Assembly: GCA_951406725.2 (NCBI GenBank)
Contig: OX597821.1
Location: 36,828,001 to 36,892,000 of the forward strand
Reading direction: 5' to 3'
Origin: Octopus vulgaris
Taxonomy: Eukaryota
DNA: 64,000 bases
Shown here: one piece after another, positions 14,504 to 25,344 of the stretch
How the letters are laid out: every line of letters begins with the position of its first letter
Position numbering within the stretch: the stretch's first letter is position 1
Translations under genes and position numbers: made by a program
Notes under the pieces: generated by a model
Told to the model about the DNA's origin: nothing
Database searches by the model: none
What the model saw: the letters and a program-made list of their open reading frames with translations, nothing else

Positions 14504-14608
14504 ACATGACTACCACTTCATTTTACTGAAGCCTCGTTAGTTGTTCATGAGGAGAGAATCCATTATATATATATGTGTGTGTGTGTGTGTGTATGTATGT
14601 GTGTATAA

Positions 14609-14642
<34 letters not shown>

Positions 14643-15031
14643 GTTACTGACTCCTTATTTTGATATCAAGTGATGGTTGTGAGTGTTACACCCTAATGCA
14701 AGTGGTGTCGTTCATTTTCACTCTTCTGTTAAAACGTCTGGCCAAGGGGAAAATTTACCTTACTTAAAAAACAAGCAAGATTTGGCAACAGAAAGGGCAT
14801 CTGACCATAAAAAATTTGCTCCAATGAATTTCATCAGGCCATGCAAGCATGAAAAGAGGACATTAAAACAATGATGATGAGTGATGAGTATAAGTATCAA
14901 GCACTGCACTATGTAATGTGTCCTTCCATATTACAATGTCCATACAGTCTAATATGAGAAAGATTCAGCTACTATTTCTAACAGGGAGCAAGTACATAAT
15001 CTTATTTGTTGGCTCATTAAAAGGTCTTTAA

Positions 15032-15253
15032 CTCATTAGCATTCAGATTATTCTGTCAAATGTGACGCTTATTTATTCACATTATTTGAAGTTAATCATG
15101 CATTATTTCACAGCTTCAAGATTTCAATGATGTGATTGCTTATTTTAAGAATGACATTATAGGGTATGTGTGAAATACCAGATCTGCCTAGTTTAAATGT
15201 AAAACAGGTAGAATATTTGGGCCAGATATGGCTGGTTTAAAATATTTAAAGGG
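15032..15253. mobile_element. piggyBac-like MITE (~220 bp)
   Basis: TTAA on both sides; same family as 21198-21417 and 49375-49593. Confidence 0.75.
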
Positions 15254-15573
15254 TTAAGGATAAAAAAAATTTACATAAAATGCCAAATGCAAAACAGTTA
15301 CATAATAAATAAATGCAAATAATCATTAATAAAAAACCAACAATTTTATTTCTTTTCTGTTAAAACTGGTTGGTGAAGGTAAATGTCTTGAAACCAGTTC
15401 ATTTAGTTATCTCTGGTACACAAAAATGTACTCATCTCTAATAAGCAAGAATTCCTTCAAAGCTATGTATAGTTGTATAGAATCAGGTATCTTGCAGCAC
15501 TATTTACAAAACAGCATGAAGGACTCATAGAATCCACAATACAAAAAAAGAAAAAAAAAGCAGTTTCTTAATT

Positions 15574-15829
15574 TCAGTTTAATGCTGCAGGTGGGTCATT
15601 CCTCTTTCGGGATATCTTCAAACGTTTCAAAACTCTTGTTCGCCAAACTCGCTTTTCATGATCAGGATTGGGCAGTTCTCCAAACACACATGGGCCATAT
15701 TCACAAGGGCGTAAATGTTCCTCTTTTTTGAGAATTATTCCTGGCCTCACGATATCAACATCACGTTGCAGATACTCACTTAAGTCAACAATTTTGTCTG
15801 TTGGACTGTCAAAATTAATCAAGAAATAC
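15574..15829 (-). CDS. MRPS6: MRPS6 coding exon 3 (terminal)
   Basis: Acceptor ctttccag; lies within track ORF 15574..15867; ends TGA; candidate AATAAA on minus strand at 15345-15350. Confidence 0.93.
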
Positions 15830-16722
15830 CTGGAAAGAAGAAAAGTAACATATACATACAAGAACACGAAGAATTCTTTAATCTAATTTACCAAACAATA
15901 CAAGAAGTAAACAGAGATAGTGATTTTATGAGTTTGTGGCTGTTTGGTTTAGTCTGCTTCCTAACTACATGATTTCTGGTTCAGTCCCACAGCATAGCAC
16001 CTTGGACAAGTGAACTCAAAAGCATAAAAATATTTTCAATCTTGTTTGCTTTCAACAACAAGGAGCATAAAAGTTACAATTGTTGGGCCCCACTATTACT
16101 TAGGATCTATCCCTGGCAAAAGTATGTCTTCACACAGCTAACATCATATCCCTGGCAAAAGTATGTCTTCACACAGCTAACATCATATCCCAAAACTGGC
16201 CTTGCTCTTTTGGGCCAGAAAATATTTCACTCATCACCGGTAATTATTGATAATTTACAAAACTCAGATGAAGTAGAGTACTGCCCTCACATTTGGAACA
16301 ATGCTGCTACTGCTGCTGCTACACAGAAGACATCCCAGTTTGCATCAAGAAAAGGATCCTACAAATGATCAGCACAGTTATTCACAGACACAGCCAACAT
16401 CTGACTCACAGATAAGCCGTCTCTTCTCTTCATCTTTTCTACCATTACAAAAATATGCTCAACTTGTTGGAAGTAAGTGAACTCATACCAACTCCACGTA
16501 AATAATTCCTGCCCATTTTGTCTCTTTTCCTTTCATCACCTCACTACCTTCTGTAGAGTGGCTGGCATTAAGAAACGGCATCCATCTGCAGCAAAGCAAA
16601 CATTAGAGATCATCAAAGCCCTCAAACTAGCCAGGTCCTGTCAAACCATCCAACTCATGCCAGCATGGAACACTTTGCCAGACAATAAATGATGACGATG
16701 ATGATGATGATTATGATGATGG

Positions 16723-16773
<51 letters not shown>

Positions 16774-19700
16774 CGACGACGACGATGATGATGAAGGCAC
16801 TTGTCATTATTATGTCAGGCCTTGACTTCCCAGAATGTCAGCCTTCTGGGGGACGGTTGGAAGTCTTTCCGCCAGGCGAAATGCTTAGCGGTATTTCGTC
16901 TGCCGTTACGTTCTGAGTTCAAATTCCGCCGTGGTCGACTTTGCCTTCCATCCTTTCGGGGATCGATAAATTAAGTACCAGTTACGCACTGGGGTCGATA
17001 TAATCGACTTAATCCGTTCGTCTGTCCTTGTTTGTCCTCTCTGTGTTTAGCCCCTTGTGGGTAGTAAAGAAATAGGTATTTTGTCTGTCTTTACATTCTA
17101 AGTTCAAATTCCGCAGAACTTGACTTTGCCTTTCATCCTTTCGGGGTCGATAAATTAAGAACCAGTTGCGTACTGGAGTCGATCTAATCGACTGGCCCCC
17201 TCCCCAAAAATTTCGGGCCTTGTGCCTAAAGTGGAAAAGAATAGCTGGGTTGAACAATACTATTCCGAAGTATTTAACACCGAGTTGTGTCCCTTTAAAG
17301 CTAGAGCGACTTATATTTCGCTTAAAAACAGTATCTAGAGTCTGATGTTGCTAAACTATAGAATACGTTAAAGAATGGTGTTACAGCGGGTTTGATGAGC
17401 AAATGAAAATAGACTAAAGCAACATATTACACGCTCACAGTGAATTCACTAGTTATAATATTACTACTATAATTTTCAGGTCTTCAAAAACAAGGTAAAC
17501 AAATCCTGACTTGTTGGTGAATTACCTCCCTTGATAGTATCTTTTTTTACCTTAATGTTGATTTGTGTTTCAGAAATGACCTTTCTTTTTCATCTCTCTC
17601 TTACTCTTTTACTTGTTTCTGTCATTTGACTGCGGCCATGTTGGAGCACCGCCTTTAGTCGAGCAAATCAACCCCAGGACTTATTCTTTGTAAACCTAGT
17701 ACTTATTCTATCGGTCTCTTTTGCCGAACTGCTAAGTAACGGGGACGTAAACTCACCAGCATCGGTTGTCAGGCGATGTTGGGGGGCAAACACAGACACA
17801 CAAACACACACATACATATATATACATATATACGACGGGCTTCTTTCAGTTTCCGTCAACCAAATCCACTCACAAGGGCTTTGGTTGGCCCAAGGCTATA
17901 GTAGAAGGCACTTGCCCAAGGTGCCACGTAGTGGGACTGAACCCGGAACCATGTGGCTCGTAAGCAAGCTACTTACCACACAGCCACTTATATATATATA
18001 TATATATATATTACACACACAAAGAGAGAGAGAAAGAGACTAAATTTATATGGTGAATAAAGAGTGTAAGCTGAAGACAATTTCGCTGCCACATCTAACA
18101 AGACTTCTGTGTTGGCTATGGTCACTATTTTTACATTTTCTCTTTCAACCTTAGAACTTACACAGATGTGCAATACAGTATTTTTCTGTACTGAACAATA
18201 AATCATACAACTTATCCGAGCAAAGAAACATCCTTATGTTCGGAGTTCAAATGCTGCTGAGGTCCACTTTGCCTTCGATCCTTTCAGGTCAATAAAATAG
18301 TTGATCACTGGCATCAATGTAATTGACTCATCCCTCCTCAGAAAATTTCAGGCCTTGTGCCTATAAGAGAAAGCATATGGGAATCTAGCTAAAATGTCTG
18401 CTTAAGGCAGCAGTCCTCAAATGGCTCCCCACAATGGACTTCTCAGTCATCTTCATCATTTAACGTTCGCTTGCCATGCTGTCATGGGTCGGACAGTTTG
18501 ACAGGAGGAGGCTAGGCAGAAGACTGCACCAGGCTACTGTGTCTGTTTTGGCATGTTTTTTTTTTTACAGTTGAATGCTATTCCTAACACCAACCACTTC
18601 TCTGAGTGGATGGAGTTTCTTTTTAGATGGCACCAGCAGTGAGGTGCAGGCTTTTGAAATGACAATTTAAGGCTTTAGACAACCCACACTAATACTTGTG
18701 CATCTTGAAAAATGCGTCACTCATAATATTTTATGTGCAAAAATGATTGATAAAACAATGTAAGCAATAGTTTTCTGTATCTGTTATGAATTAGCTTGCC
18801 ACATGGAGTACACTGACAATTTTTAAGTTTGCATGCACAATATACAAGTAATTTGTGTGATCTTCAGCGTGACATCAATTAAAAAAGAATGAAAATCAAA
18901 GCTTAAGGCTTTCAGCCATTTCTATCTCTTTCATTGTAAATATCCTATTACATGAATCCAAAGAGGCAGACACTGACAAAATTCTATGTAACCCACATTT
19001 TACCGACTCTAGTATACCCTGAATTTTAGTTATATCTCATACACTTCCTTTTAGTTATATCTCATACACTTCCTTCTATCAATTAATGAAGAGTAAGCTG
19101 TTATTTCCAACCATATCTCACTGTAGATGATACCATTCCTCACACTGCTTTAACATTTTTCATTTCATCATCATCATCGTTTAACGTCCGTTTTCCATGC
19201 TAGCATGGGTTGGACGGTTCGACTGGGGTCTGGAAAGCCAGGAGGCTGCACCAGGCTCCAGTTTGATCTGGCAGTGTTTCTACAGCTGGATGCCCTTCCT
19301 AACGCCAACCACTCCGAGAGTGTAGTGGGTGCTTTTTACGTGCCACTGGCACAGGGGCCAGACAAGGCTGGCAAACAACCATGATCGGTTGGTGCTTTTA
19401 TATGTCACCAACACGGACGCCAGTCAGGCGGTGCTGGCAACTGCCACGTTCGGATGGTGCTTTTAACATGTCACCGGCACGGGCATCTTAACCACAATTT
19501 TCATTTGATTTTCATTTTGATGTTGGTGTTAACGTACTTGACTCAATAGGTCTCCTCAAGAATAGTGGGTCACTCTACAATCCAAGGTTAGCATAGCAGG
19601 CTGTCCTGCGAGCCATGAACTCACTTCATTTGTCGGGTCTTCGCAGTCACAGCATATCTCCAGAGGTCTCGGTCTTTCATCATAGCCTCTATGAGGATCA

Positions 19701-22700
19701 ACGTATGAAGATCATGCTTGACCACCTAGTCCCATGTCTTCCTGGGTCTACCTCTACCCCAGATTCCTTCAACAGTTTGGGAGTGGCACTTCTTCACACA
19801 TCTCTCCTCATCCATCCGTAGTACATGACCATACCAATGCAAACGTCTTTTCTGCACGCTGCATCCGCTTCTTATGCCCAACATTTCTCTCAGAGTGCTT
19901 ACACTCTGTCGTGCATGGACACTGACATTACACATCCAGCGGATCATGCTAGCTTTATTTCTTTTGAGCCTACGCATATCCTCTGCAGTCATGGCCCATG
20001 TTTCACTACCGTGAAGCATGGCAGTTCACACACATGCGTCGTACAATCTATCTTTCACTCTGAGCAAGAGACCCTTTGTCGCCAGTAGGGGAAGAAGCTT
20101 CCTAAACTTTGCCCAGGCTATTCTTATTCTAGTGGTAACACTCTCTGAGCATCCATTTCATTTTTGTCAAAGTCAGCTGTTTTCTCCTTGGATGCTAGTC
20201 ACATCATTTCAACCATCGCACTTTCTGACCTTCTTCATAATGTTCTCAGAACACTATGTCATAATGCTTGTCTCGTGGTCTCAGAATTTTTTATAACATC
20301 CATAAGAATTCTTTATAACATCCATAAGAATTCTTTATAACATCCATGGGGGTAACTTGATCCATTTACACATATGTTTCAAAATTTTCCAGTGTCAAAA
20401 CAACTTATCTTCAATTTCTCAAACTGACAGATTAATATTGGTTTCCAATTGTGGCACAAGGCTACTAACTTGGTCACCTAGGTATCGGAAACTATCTATC
20501 AAATAAATGCAACTCGGACATTGCATCCAAACATGTGCCGCTTCCACAAACGGAAACTTCTCAAAGTGTTTTTCAATTCAGACGTGTGAACGTAGACTGC
20601 ATCAAGAGAAGAATCATGCAAACAATCAGCATAATTATTCACAGACACATCCAACTTCTGGCCAACAGATAAGCTGTCTCCTCTCTCCACCTTTCTACCA
20701 CTACAAAAATAGGTAAATGTCAGGGGTAGATGGATTCATACCATCTCCATTCAAGAATTCCTGCCTTATTTGTCTCTATCTCTTTAATTACACTCAGTAC
20801 ATTCTGTAAAGTGGCTGGCATTAGGAACAGTAAAGAACAGACCTAATCACTATATTCATTGAGGATACACTTTTGCAGTACACTCTCCCAATGTTGAAAG
20901 ACTACCCAAATTTGTAGGACAGCACATTAATTTTAGACTGCATTTCATTAAAGGTCTTCTGGCTGATTTTTTATAACACACTACATGTAACAACTGCTTC
21001 ACAAACATGCTATTTCTTCTCACTTCATAGACCTCCACTGTACATTTTTTACCCCTTCTATTCTTCTGCAAAGCCACAAACATCTGGAATTCCCTCCTTA
21101 AATACACAATTTTCTACAAGTGCAAACCACACTTACCTTATCAGTTTATGGGGCATATATAGATCATGTGTGCTGTTCCTCTTCTCCAATTAATTAACCC
21201 TTTAGCATTCAGATTACTTTGTCAAATGCAATGCTTAAGTATTCATGTCGTTTTGAATTAATCATGCATTATCTCATACCTTTGAGATTTTGATGATGTG
21301 ATTGTTTATTTTTAAAATGACACTGTAGGGTAGGTGTAAAAGGCCAGATCTGACCAGTATGAAGATAAAATAGGTAGAATACTTAGGCCAGATATGGTCA
21401 GTTCAAATGCTAAAGGGTTAATGAGAGAATAGAGAAGTAAAATTTTATTCATATTATTTGTGAGTTTTAATAAACACCAATATTACCTTCCTTCATGGTG
21501 AATTTGTTGATGTTTCCTCATTATATATGGAAGTTGTTGCTGTCCCATGTTCTCCAGTGATCTGACGATTCCTTTCCTTTCGATTATGGCTTCACAACTC
21601 CTTCGTACGGTAGAATGGAGTTGTGACTGTAAAGTAAAGAAACAAGAATATATAAGGGATCTTTTCGGTTTGAACAGCAGTCTTTTCTAGCGGTGTCATA
21701 TGAAATTGTCACCCATAATTATGCATTTCAATCTGTTTTAGGATTAGTTAGGGTTAGGGTCAGAGGTGGGGGGAAGGATATCTTTCAAACAATTGTATAC
21801 TCAGGTATACTTGGATAAGAAACAGGTGAGGGTTGGCGACAGAAAGAGTATCAAGACATAGAAAATCTGCCACCGCCCCCACCCTGCCAAATTCTGTCCA
21901 ACCTATGCAAGCATGGAAAAGTGGATGTTAAAATGATTATGATGATGATAAGGGTGAACTGTATCCATTCTTGTCTATATTAGGCTTACTCTATTATTCT
22001 CCTACTTAAGGGTATGGTCATGTACTATGGATGGATGAGGAGAGATGTGTGAAGAAGTGCTACTCCCAAACAGTTGAAGGAATCCGGGGTAGAAGTAGAC
22101 CCAAGAAGACATGGGATGAGGTGGTCAAGCACGACCTTCGAACATTGGGCCTCACAGAGGCAATGACGAAAGACCGAGTCCTCTGGAGACATGCTGTGAC
22201 TGCGAAGACCCGACAAATGAAGTGAGTTCATGGCTCACAGGACAGCCTGCTGTGCTTACCTTGGATCAAAGGGGGACCTGCTGTGCTTGAGGAGACCTAT
22301 TGAGTCAAGTATATCAACATCAAAATAAAAATCAAATGGAAATTGTAGTTGTGATACCCGTGCCGGTGGCACGTAAAAAATACCATCCGAACGTGTCCAA
22401 TGCCAGCACCGCCTTGACTGGCATCCGTGTCGGTGGCACATAAAAAGCACCAACCAATCGTGGACGTTGCCAGACTCCTCTGGCCCCTGTGCCAGTGCCA
22501 TGTAAAAAGCACCCACTCTCGGAGTGGTTGCCGTTAGGAAGGGCATCCAGCTGTAGAAACACTACCATATCAGACTGGAGCCTGGTGCAGCCTCCTGGCT
22601 TCCCAGACCTTGGTCGAACCGTCCAACCCATGCTAGCATGGAAAACGGGCGTTAAACGATGATGATGATGATGATTAGGATGTTACCTAAACCTGAGTAT

Positions 22701-23857
22701 AAATTGTTTGAAAGATCCATGGATTGGACTCACGTCCACAAACTGTGAGACATTTAACATTTATATTCATTATCCGATTGTCTCGTATCACAATTAAGTA
22801 ATGAAAATTAACAACTTAAATTTTTTTTTTTTTTAAACCGGTTGCAAGTTAAATGTTCTTTTTTCTTATTTAAAAACTCCAACTTCATGTTCATCGCTAT
22901 GCTAAGCCCAATGAGTCGGTAATGAAAAGCTCAACGTATGAAAAGATGCTTTCACAGGTCATATAGCTCAGTGTTGTTCCTTCTCTACGATCTTGATTTT
23001 GCTTCACAAAGACAGGCGTCTTTCCTCCCCCATCTGAAATGATCAACCATGCCTGGTTTTTCAATCTCTCCAAGGTTTGCGGCTTTTGGATGCACCGCTA
23101 ACCTTACGTTTTAAGGGGCAGTCGATCTAATCTTGCTAAACTTAGGTCAAAACCGTAATCAAAAATGAAACTAGCAACACCGTGGAGTGTAGAAAAATAA
23201 TTTAGCTTTCCTTAATTAACAAACGAATACGTAAATGTGTCAAAAGGTAAACACTTCGTCTGTTCTGTTTTACATGTGATGAACAGGGCGTATTTCTCTG
23301 GCGTCCAGGCATCATATACTATACACAATCCTAATTTTCTTCAACCAGAGTAACTTGGGATTTATAAAAGAAAGGCTTTATATTACGCATAACATATGAG
23401 ACAGGGGTTGTCTTAAAAGTCTGGAAACAAGCACAGTCGTAGGACAAACTTACGAAAATTCTTTGGACAGATAAAGGGTTACGTTACTCGACTCTCTAAA
23501 CAGCTATACATCATTACACCTTGTAATATATATTTGGCTGTTTAGATTTAGTTTAACTTTTGATGTTAGTGACTTACATTTCTAGCAGGACAAGCGTGAC
23601 TTTATCATTGACTAGTCACATTTTAACGAAAGAGAAAAATATTGCCAACCTTAAAAGGCCAGAAAGCACAGAGGTATATATTGTTGAAGGGCTTAAATAG
23701 AGGATGTGAGTTAATTATGAGAAATATTAGTAAACAATAAGATCACATCATCATCTCTGAATATAGCTAGATACTCAATGAAACAATCTAACATAAATAG
23801 AATACTCACTCTATTTAATGCCGATCTCATAATTAAGAACAATTGATAGCCAGGCAT
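15574..23857 (-). CDS. MRPS6: Mitochondrial ribosomal protein S6 (bS6m), 3 coding exons: 23857-23810, 21626-21487, 15829-15574; 147 aa
   Basis: Spliced translation MPGYQLFLIMRSALNR|SQLHSTVRRSCEAIIERKGIVRSLENMGQQQLPYIMRKHQQIHHEGR|YFLINFDSPTDKIVDLSEYLQRDVDIVRPGII... matches the bS6m pattern (MPxYEL..., GxVRxLENxG, LPY, YFLxxF, LxRDxDxxR). GT-AG introns, phases 0 and 2, 48+140+256 nt. Confidence 0.93.
16200..16455 (+). mobile_element. Decayed LINE RT C-terminal fragment; related piece at ~20505-20710
   Basis: VEYCPHIWNNAA...; downstream LTHR.AVSSL..FYHY remnant. Confidence 0.5.
16689..16793. repeat. (GAT)n microsatellite, expanded RTE tail
   Basis: Follows a degenerate RTE 3' end at ~16550-16680. 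Confidence 0.85.
16868..17240 (+). mobile_element. SINE A' joined to a headless SINE A
   Basis: A' tail gtagtaaagaaatag runs directly into the A body gtattttgtc... Confidence 0.8.
19166..20150 (-). mobile_element. RTE-clade LINE, 5'-truncated (~1 kb)
   Basis: ORF MLHGSETWAMTAEDMRRL...RRLHWYGHVLRMDEER...GRGRPRKTW; GC-rich 3' UTR; (GAT)n tail. Confidence 0.9.
21198..21417. mobile_element. piggyBac-like MITE
   Basis: TTAA|CCCTTTAGCATT ... AATGCTAAAGGG|TTAA. Confidence 0.9.
21487..21626 (-). CDS. MRPS6: MRPS6 coding exon 2
   Basis: Acceptor tttacag, donor gtaata, 140 nt, encodes GIVRSLENMG...LPY. Confidence 0.93.
21657..21780. mobile_element. Truncated, reversed copy of the GGATCTTTTCGG MITE
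   Basis: One TIR plus ttagggttaggg segment, 30 bp from the MRPS6 exon 2 acceptor. Confidence 0.7.
22010..22675 (+). mobile_element. RTE-clade LINE 3' end, same family as 19166-20150, opposite orientation
   Basis: MDEERCVKKC...GRSRPKKTWDEVV; 3' UTR; (GAT)n tail. Shorter 3'-end copies at ~13370-13580, 18447-18640, 27990-28280, 29390-29797, 31905-32310, 32310-32660, 34252-34540, 39185-39483, 44142-44360, 53267-53615, 56404-56592, 61830-62025. Confidence 0.9.
23810..23857 (-). CDS. MRPS6: MRPS6 coding exon 1 (MPGYQLFLIMRSALNR)
   Basis: ATG at 23857-23855; donor GTGAGT follows; phase 0. Confidence 0.88.
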
Positions 23858-24440
23858 GATTCCTCTCTACTTTGTTGATACGGTGGCCATGCAAGAACTT
23901 GTGAAGTATGGTAGCGCAAACAAACCATAAAATTTATTTCATGACGGAACATGTCTCTTAATAGAAAATACGTAGCGCATATGATTTGATTTGATTTGAT
24001 TTTATCTAGTTTCAGCTCATGAGCTGTGGCCATGCTGGGACACCGCCATTTGGTGTTGCTACATAATTTTACTTCACGAATGCTTTTTAGGGATTGACAT
24101 TTGGTGCATGAGAGAGTTTGATGCCGCTGCCCTCTTCTGCACCTCCTGCCGAGAAGTTGGCTCATCTGTGACACTTGACAGTAAGAGGTTCAGCTTTATT
24201 TTGAAGACACCTACGTCCATCCCATGCAGGTCTCTCAGGTCCTTCGGGAGGATATTGAAGAGCTGTGGTCTTCTGAAACCCAGGCTCTTGCAGTATACCT
24301 TGCACTATACCTTGGTGGCAAATTTGGAGTCCTTAGCACTATGCAGTGGCGCCCAGTTCTAGTATTTGTGTAACTCTCGATACCAGATGTATATTATGAC
24401 ATATCTTTCTCGCCTACGCTCTAAGGAATAGAGTCTTAAT

Positions 24441-24478
<38 letters not shown>

Positions 24479-24607
24479 TAAAAACGGTAAGATAACAAAA
24501 GAAAGAAAGAGACCTCAATATTATGTAAATAAAGGATTTCCACCTCGGCATCCGAAACTCAGAGTTTTATCTTGGCTATTGAATAATTGTCACATATTAT
24601 TTTACAG

Positions 24608-24687
<80 letters not shown>

Positions 24688-25067
24688 AGAGAGAGGAGAG
24701 TATCAGAAAGGCAGGAGGTATGACATGAATGTATTTAATATATTCATCTCATACCAAGTAACTTTCTTTATATTCTATAAACATTTCATGAAATAATTTT
24801 CACTAAATGGATTTACTGAATTTCAACTGCATAGGACTCTTTATTACACTACTATGCTTTGGTTTACGATGTGTGTGTAGTTGAGTCAGCTAAATGAGCT
24901 TTTTATGATTATATATATATTTTTTTCTCTCCTTGTTTTTTTTCTGTGTATCTTTCTGTCGAAGAGCGTAGGCTCGAAACGTAAAAGACTTTTTCTATTC
25001 CTGAGCGCTATACTAATACATTTGTTTGTTTGTACACCACCTGCCTTCGTCTTTTGTTTATTTCCGT

Positions 25068-25144
<77 letters not shown>

Positions 25145-25317
25145 TTCAAAAAAAAAAAGGCCAGTATAATTTACATTAGTGCTGGATCTCACAAAGCAGT
25201 AATTGAAAATTATTACACAATAGCGTTTCCATACATTCCTCTTGACAGCCGATTTAGTTTATTTATCTTCATATAGAAGAGTGCTACAGACTTCCTGTCA
25301 CTCTCCTTCAAAGCACC
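23858..25317. promoter_or_regulatory. Divergent (possibly bidirectional) promoter region between MRPS6 and ATP5PO
   Basis: Two ATGs face away from each other ~1.46 kb apart; ETS-like ACTTCCTG at ~25290 just upstream of the ATP5PO ATG. TSSs not determinable. Confidence 0.55.
23981..24443 (-). mobile_element. CR1/L2/Jockey-group LINE 3' fragment with (AAATC)n tail
   Basis: Minus-strand RLRLYSLERRRERYVIIYIW motif; pentanucleotide tail at 23981-24002. Confidence 0.75.
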
Positions 25318-25344
25318 ATGGCCTCTCTCAAGTTTGTACAGCCG
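25318..25344 (+). CDS. ATP5PO: ATP5PO exon 1 (MASLKFVQP)
   Basis: Strong Kozak caccATGG, phase-0 donor gtaaaa, pyrimidine-rich leader upstream; short, so less certain than the other exons. Confidence 0.75.
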
